From contig CAXTYC010000042.1 of assembly GCA_964248365.1 (NCBI GenBank), positions 1-36,871 of the forward strand: a stretch of DNA of 36,871 nucleotides, in the 5' to 3' direction. This DNA is from an uncultured Chroococcidiopsis sp. Lineage in GTDB: Bacteria; Cyanobacteriota; Cyanobacteriia; Cyanobacteriales; Chroococcidiopsidaceae. A program made the position numbers and the translations under genes. Positions 31,753 to 36,871 of this stretch are shown piece by piece; position 1 is the first letter of the stretch, and every line of letters starts with the position of its first letter. Below the pieces are notes generated by a model. That model was not told where the DNA came from and did not search any database. It worked only from the letters and a program-made list of their open reading frames with translations.

Positions 31753-31851
31753 GATCCAAAAGTGGCGAAATCTGTTTTCACCAAAATAAATCCAAGGCAA
31801 GCTTTTAGCATTATAGTTTCATTTGAGTCAATTGGCAGATAAGGAGTCACC

Positions 31852-33273
31852 ATGCCCGAAACCGCACAAGAAGTCTTGAAGATGATTCAAGACCAAAACA
31901 TTCAGTTAATCGATTTGAAATTCATTGATACGCCAGGAATATGGCAGCATCTGACGGTGTACCAAAACCAAATCGACGAGAGCAGCTTTACCGACGGTGT
32001 ACCTTTCGATGGCTCTAGTATTCGTGGTTGGAAAGCCATCAATGAATCAGATATGGCGATGGTTCCCGATCCAAAGACAGCTTGGATCGACCCCTTTATG
32101 CAAGAACCGACTTTGAGCCTAATCTGTAGCATCAAAGAGCCGCGTACAGGCGAATGGTACAGCCGCGATCCCCGCTCTATTGCTCAAAAGGCTTTAGACT
32201 ATCTAATTTCAACAGGCATTGGTGACACTGCTTTTTTGGGACCGGAAGCTGAGTTTTTCATCTTTGATGATGTCCGCTTCGACCAAACCCAGAATTCTGC
32301 CTATTATTTCGTAGACTCGATAGAAGGTCGTTGGAATAGTGGTAGAGAGGAAGCAGGTGGAAACCTGGGCTATAAACCCCGCTACAAAGAAGGTTACTTC
32401 CCCGTACCTCCAACAGATACCTCGCAAGATATGCGTACTGAAATGCTGCTAACAATGGCAAAATGCGGGGTTCCAATTGAAAAGCATCACCATGAAGTTG
32501 CTACAGGCGGTCAGTGCGAACTCGGTTTCCGGTTTGGAAAATTGATCGAAGCTGCTGACTGGTTGATGACTTACAAGTATGTGATCAAGAACGTTGCCAG
32601 GAAATATGGCAAAACCATCACCTTCATGCCCAAGCCAGTGTTTAACGACAACGGCTCTGGAATGCACACCCACCAGTCAATCTGGAAAGATGGGCAACCA
32701 CTATTTGCAGGGGATGGTTACGCTGGCTTAAGTCAAATGGCGCTGCATTACATCGGTGGTTTGCTCAAACACGCTCCAGCACTCTTGGCTTTCACCAACC
32801 CCACTACCAATTCTTACAAGCGCTTAGTACCTGGTTTTGAAGCACCTGTGAACCTTGCCTATTCTCAAGGTAATCGTTCCGCCTCAATTCGGATTCCTCT
32901 ATCTGGTACTAATCCCAAAGCCAAGCGGTTAGAATTCCGTTGCCCAGATGCTACTTCTAACCCCTACCTAGCCTTTGCTGCCATGCTCTGTGCTGGTTTA
33001 GATGGTATCAAGAACCAAATTGATCCAGGGGAACCCTTGGATGTGGATATTTACGACCTTACGCCAGAGGAATTGAGCAAGATTCCTTCCACCCCAGGAT
33101 CTTTGGACGATGCCTTAGAGGCGTTGGAAAAAGACCATGCTTTCTTAACTGAACCAGGAGTATTTACCGAAGACTTCATCCAAACTTGGATTTCTTACAA
33201 AATCGATAATGAAGTCAACCCGATGCGGCTACGCCCCCATCCCTATGAGCTTGCCCTTTACTACGATTGTTAA
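31852..33273 (+). CDS. glnA: Glutamine synthetase type I
   Basis: [55 protein letters not shown]. Confidence 0.99.
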   Translation: MPETAQEVLKMIQDQNIQLIDLKFIDTPGIWQHLTVYQNQIDESSFTDGVPFDGSSIRGWKAINESDMAMVPDPKTAWIDPFMQEPTLSLICSIKEPRTGEWYSRDPRSIAQKALDYLISTGIGDTAFLGPEAEFFIFDDVRFDQTQNSAYYFVDSIEGRWNSGREEAGGNLGYKPRYKEGYFPVPPTDTSQDMRTEMLLTMAKCGVPIEKHHHEVATGGQCELGFRFGKLIEAADWLMTYKYVIKNVARKYGKTITFMPKPVFNDNGSGMHTHQSIWKDGQPLFAGDGYAGLSQMALHYIGGLLKHAPALLAFTNPTTNSYKRLVPGFEAPVNLAYSQGNRSASIRIPLSGTNPKAKRLEFRCPDATSNPYLAFAAMLCAGLDGIKNQIDPGEPLDVDIYDLTPEELSKIPSTPGSLDDALEALEKDHAFLTEPGVFTEDFIQTWISYKIDNEVNPMRLRPHPYELALYYDC

Positions 33274-33370
33274 GAAAGCTATTAGCTCTTAGCGGTTAGC
33301 TGTTAGCTAATAGCGTATACGCTCTCATCTGGAAGCTATGTATGGGAGATTCTACCTCTTGGTGATTTCT

Positions 33371-33396
33371 AGCCACCCAAATGGGTGGCTTTTTTA
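33371..33396 (+). terminator. Intrinsic terminator of glnA
   Basis: agccaccca-aa-tgggtggct stem-loop followed by a T run. Confidence 0.8.
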
Positions 33397-33503
33397 TATC
33401 ACCAAGCCTATACCTATCAAAAGATTCAGGATTTTTTCGTTACACTTATTTACAGTAGATAAAAACACGTAAAATTACCCTAAGATTGACCCAAGCTATT
33501 CCC

Positions 33504-34568
33504 ATGCCTGACACATTAACTAAGCTGACTTATCAAACTTTTCAGCAAGGCAAAAATTATTTTGGTCTAGCTCACAAAATTTTAAGCGCACAGCTGCTGA
33601 ACGCAGTATCTCCATCAGAGCGCAAGAGCAAACCTATTCCCGTCGAGGTTCTACAAAAAATTCAACAAAGATTGAACGATCTGCTCGAAGCTGATTGGCA
33701 AGATGCCCAGCAAGGATTATACCCCGAAAGCTTGCTGTTTGACAACCCTTGGTCAGACTTTTTTCTTAACTATCCAGTAGTTTGGCTGGATCAGCCTCAA
33801 ATTTGGGAACGGCTGACGCAGAAAAAATATCAACATTTTTCGCCAGATATAGATACTAGCGGCTATCCCAGCTACTATGTGCAAAACTTCCATCATCAAA
33901 CCGATGGTTATTTGAGCGATCGCTCTGCTAGTTTGTATGACTTGCAGGTTGAACTTCTATTTGGTGGCGCTGCCGATCCGATGCGGCGACGAATTCTTGC
34001 TCCCTTAAAGCAAGGATTGAAAAATTTTGCCGACGTTCCAGAACGGCAAACACGTATTCTAGATGTAGCTTGTGGCACTGGTCGCACCTTGAAGATGATT
34101 CGGGCAATGTTGCCTCAAGCATCCCTGTATGGTACAGATTTATCACCAGCTTATTTGCGTAAGGCAAATAAACTACTATCTGAAAATCCTGGCGAACTGC
34201 CACAACTAGTGCAAGCAAACGCCGAAGAGTTACCATACTTAGATAACTACTTCCATGCTGTTACTTGCGTGTTTCTGTTCCACGAGCTACCTGCGGCGGC
34301 GCGTCAGCGGGTAATTGAGCAATGTTTCCGAGTGACAAAGCCTGGGGGAGTTTTTGTAATCAACGACTCGATTCAAATGAGTGACTCTCCTGAAATGCTA
34401 CCAGTAATGGATAGCTTTCATGAAACATTCCATGAACCTTACTACAAGCATTACACCACTGATGACTTGGTAGAACGTCTAGAGAAAGCAGGCTTTGAGA
34501 ATATTTCAACTCAAGTTCACTACATGAGCAAGAATTTTATTGCTTATAAGCCAGCTTCTGAAGGATAA
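33504..34568 (+). CDS. Class I SAM-dependent methyltransferase
   Basis: ILDVACGTG, FLFHELP, YYVQNFHHQTDGYLS; ATG at 33504. Confidence 0.9.
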   Translation: MPDTLTKLTYQTFQQGKNYFGLAHKILSAQLLNAVSPSERKSKPIPVEVLQKIQQRLNDLLEADWQDAQQGLYPESLLFDNPWSDFFLNYPVVWLDQPQIWERLTQKKYQHFSPDIDTSGYPSYYVQNFHHQTDGYLSDRSASLYDLQVELLFGGAADPMRRRILAPLKQGLKNFADVPERQTRILDVACGTGRTLKMIRAMLPQASLYGTDLSPAYLRKANKLLSENPGELPQLVQANAEELPYLDNYFHAVTCVFLFHELPAAARQRVIEQCFRVTKPGGVFVINDSIQMSDSPEMLPVMDSFHETFHEPYYKHYTTDDLVERLEKAGFENISTQVHYMSKNFIAYKPASEG

Positions 34569-34574
34569 ACAATG

Positions 34575-34714
34575 AAGGGGAAAGGGTAAAGGGGAAAGGG
34601 AAAAGGACAACCCGACAAGGGGACAAGGAGAAAGGATAAAGATAATGCATTAATTATTCTGGTTCCTCACCTCCTCACCTCTTGACTCCTCACCTCCTCA
34701 CCTCCTCACCTCCT
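34575..34714. repeat. Short tandem repeats
   Basis: (gggaaag)-like units and (ctcctcac)n. Confidence 0.7.
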
Positions 34715-34797
34715 TTAAAATTAATCCTCCCAGCAGGCAAAAACTGTATCTACAAGTTATAAAGTGGGTCTAGAAAACCTCAACGCTATCAACAAAT

Positions 34798-35295
34798 ATG
34801 ACTAGCTACCAACCCGACCCGCAAACTGTTGCAACCCAATCTATGTCAAGCGAGGAACTGATCAACAATCTGGTTGAGAATACAACTAGCATCAACCATG
34901 TAGAGGTAATTGAAACAGTCATTGCTAGCCTGCAACACAACGACAGCGCGATGGTTAGTTCCTCTCAAGAAGGACATCTGTGGAAGTTTCAGTACGGTAG
35001 CGTGGAAGTGTTTGTTCAACTGACAGGGGAAACGGATGAAGATACCTTTAAAGCTTGGTCTTCAATATTGAAACTGCCAACTAAGGATGATGCCCGATTA
35101 ATGCGGCGATTGTTGGAAATGAACTGGTCTGACACTTTTGAAGCCTGTTTTGGCATTTATGATCAGCACATTGTAGTCTTATCCTCACGTACTGTAGCAG
35201 AATTATCTCCAGGTGAAGTTTCCCGCCTGATTACCGTAGTAGCAACGATCGCCGATCAAAATCACGAAGCTTTACAATCTGAATTTGGGGCATAA
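34798..35295 (+). CDS. YbjN domain-containing protein
   Basis: WKFQYGSVEVFVQLTG, LLEMNW, IADQ motifs. Confidence 0.8.
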   Translation: MTSYQPDPQTVATQSMSSEELINNLVENTTSINHVEVIETVIASLQHNDSAMVSSSQEGHLWKFQYGSVEVFVQLTGETDEDTFKAWSSILKLPTKDDARLMRRLLEMNWSDTFEACFGIYDQHIVVLSSRTVAELSPGEVSRLITVVATIADQNHEALQSEFGA

Positions 35296-35397
35296 GAAAG
35301 GTTGAAGGATAAAGGATAAAGGATGAAGTAATGCTAGGTAGTAAGTAGGAATTCTCGCCATCTCCCTCATCCCTCTTAGCTCAAGAGTCGCCCCTTT

Positions 35398-36135
35398 ATG
35401 AAAGTTTGGCGGTTGATTCCCTTGCTATCAGCACCAGGAAAGGTACAAATGGCGATCGACCGCTGGTTAATAGAACAGCATCAGTTAGGTCGAGTGCCTT
35501 CTACACTACGATTTTATACCTGGTCGCCAGCAGCAATTTCGCTGGGATACCATCAACGCAATTACCCTGAATATTGGCAGCATTTAACTTGGAAAGGCGC
35601 ACCTATAGAGTTGGTGCAGCGTCCTACGGGTGGAAGAGGAGTGTTACATCAGGGTGATTTAACTTATGCCCTAGTGACATCTGGAATGTCTGGTCGTCGC
35701 GTTCAGGTGTATCAACAGATTTGTGAGTTTTTGATTCAAGGGTGGCGATCGCTCGGTGTCCAATTACACTATGGTTCGGCTGGACGAGGATATATCCACA
35801 ACCCTAATTGCTTTGGTACTGCTACGGGAGCAGATTTAGTTTTAGCTGATGGGACTAAATTAATTGGTAGCGCTCAATTACGACGCGGTGGCGCAATTTT
35901 GCAACACGGTTCGATTCGTTTAGAACCGGATGTAGAGTTGTTTAAATGTGTGTTCGGTGAAGAATCTTTTACTTTGGTGCAACTACCCCTTACTCAACGG
36001 GGAGAAGATTTAATTTATACGGTTATAGATGCTTTGGTTGTTGCAGCTAGCGATCGTTTTGGTGTGGAGTTTGTTGTACAACCGTTGTCTGAGGATGAGT
36101 GGGAGAGAATTTTTAAAATTTTAGCAACGGTGTAA
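35398..36135 (+). CDS. Lipoate--protein ligase A family protein
   Basis: QMAIDRWL, LRFYTW, RPTGGRGVLH, KLIGSAQ, LQHGS. Confidence 0.92.
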   Translation: MKVWRLIPLLSAPGKVQMAIDRWLIEQHQLGRVPSTLRFYTWSPAAISLGYHQRNYPEYWQHLTWKGAPIELVQRPTGGRGVLHQGDLTYALVTSGMSGRRVQVYQQICEFLIQGWRSLGVQLHYGSAGRGYIHNPNCFGTATGADLVLADGTKLIGSAQLRRGGAILQHGSIRLEPDVELFKCVFGEESFTLVQLPLTQRGEDLIYTVIDALVVAASDRFGVEFVVQPLSEDEWERIFKILATV

Positions 36136-36382
36136 CGTCCTAAATCTTTTTTTATCGAACCGCAAAGGCGCAAGCCTGGGGTTTAAACCCCAGGGAAACG
36201 CAAAGAGTAAATTAAGGGGATTTATGGATGGGAAGGAATTGAGAAGACGGTACGCTGCTGGGGAAAGAGATTTTAATGGTCTAGATCTGCGGGGTGCTTG
36301 ATTGGGATCATGATTGGTAAACGTAGGGTGCGTTACACTCTCACAAAGTAAACCTTATAGCTTAAGTGCAAAGGAATTGAAT

Positions 36383-36850
36383 ATGCAAACACAGACACAA
36401 AAACGCTACTACACCCCAGAGGAATATCTGCAATTAGAGGAAACTGCCCAATACAAAAGTGAATATCGAGACGGAGAAATAGTGCCTATGACGGGGACAA
36501 CAACTAATCATAATAAGATCGCAGGTAATTTTTATAAAAAGTTACCCTTGACTGTGAAAGGGCAAAATTATGAGATATTTATCGGGGATGTACGCTTGTG
36601 GATACCGCGTTATCGGCTCTATACCTATCCCGATATCATCGTAATTCAGGGCGAACCTATATATCAGGGAACTGCCACTACTACTGTAACTAATTTGCTG
36701 ATGATTGTTGAAGTTTTATCTAAGTCAACTAAAGATTATGATAGAGGAGATAAATTTAAATATTATCGCTCAATTCCTGAATTTAGAGAGTATATTTTAA
36801 TCGATCAATACAGCTTTTACAGCATATTGCAGATAAATGGGGTACATTAG
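36383..36850 (+). pseudogene. Uma2 family endonuclease, C-terminus apparently replaced by an insertion
   Basis: [40 protein letters not shown]; similarity ends at ~36817. Confidence 0.75.
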
Positions 36851-36871
36851 TATCAGTGTATCAATGGGTAA

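Overview
Cyanobacterial chromosomal segment, judged from abundant HIP1 GCGATCGC sites, STRR-like heptamer repeats, and prk, petH and apcF. The backbone is housekeeping genes: an SDR, DUF4149- and DUF2808-like genes, recN, an ABC1 kinase, valS, a GH100 invertase, prk/petH, homoserine dehydrogenase, two DUF697 GTPase-like genes, a TlyA-family methyltransferase, DUF29, apcF, glnA with an NtcA-type promoter, a SAM methyltransferase, YbjN, a lipoate ligase-like gene and Uma2. The most striking part is a ~4.7-kb nested island at ~21460-26200. It is bracketed by two ~142-bp diverged direct repeats that look like recombination sites. Inside are a truncated secreted-protein gene, a response regulator and a truncated histidine kinase. 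Two identical, inverted 188-bp Tn3-type MITEs (38-bp GGGG...TAAG ends) then enclose a toxin tip plus an Imm11-like immunity gene and a 35-bp-IR-bounded, internally deleted tyrosine-recombinase/Tn3-transposase remnant. Also notable: small palindromic elements inserted in frame in hom and valS, a GxxExxY gene bracketed by inverted repeats, a decayed dynamin-like gene pair fused by deletion, and terminators built from HIP1 or other repeats. All family calls are from motif recognition by eye; no searches were run.
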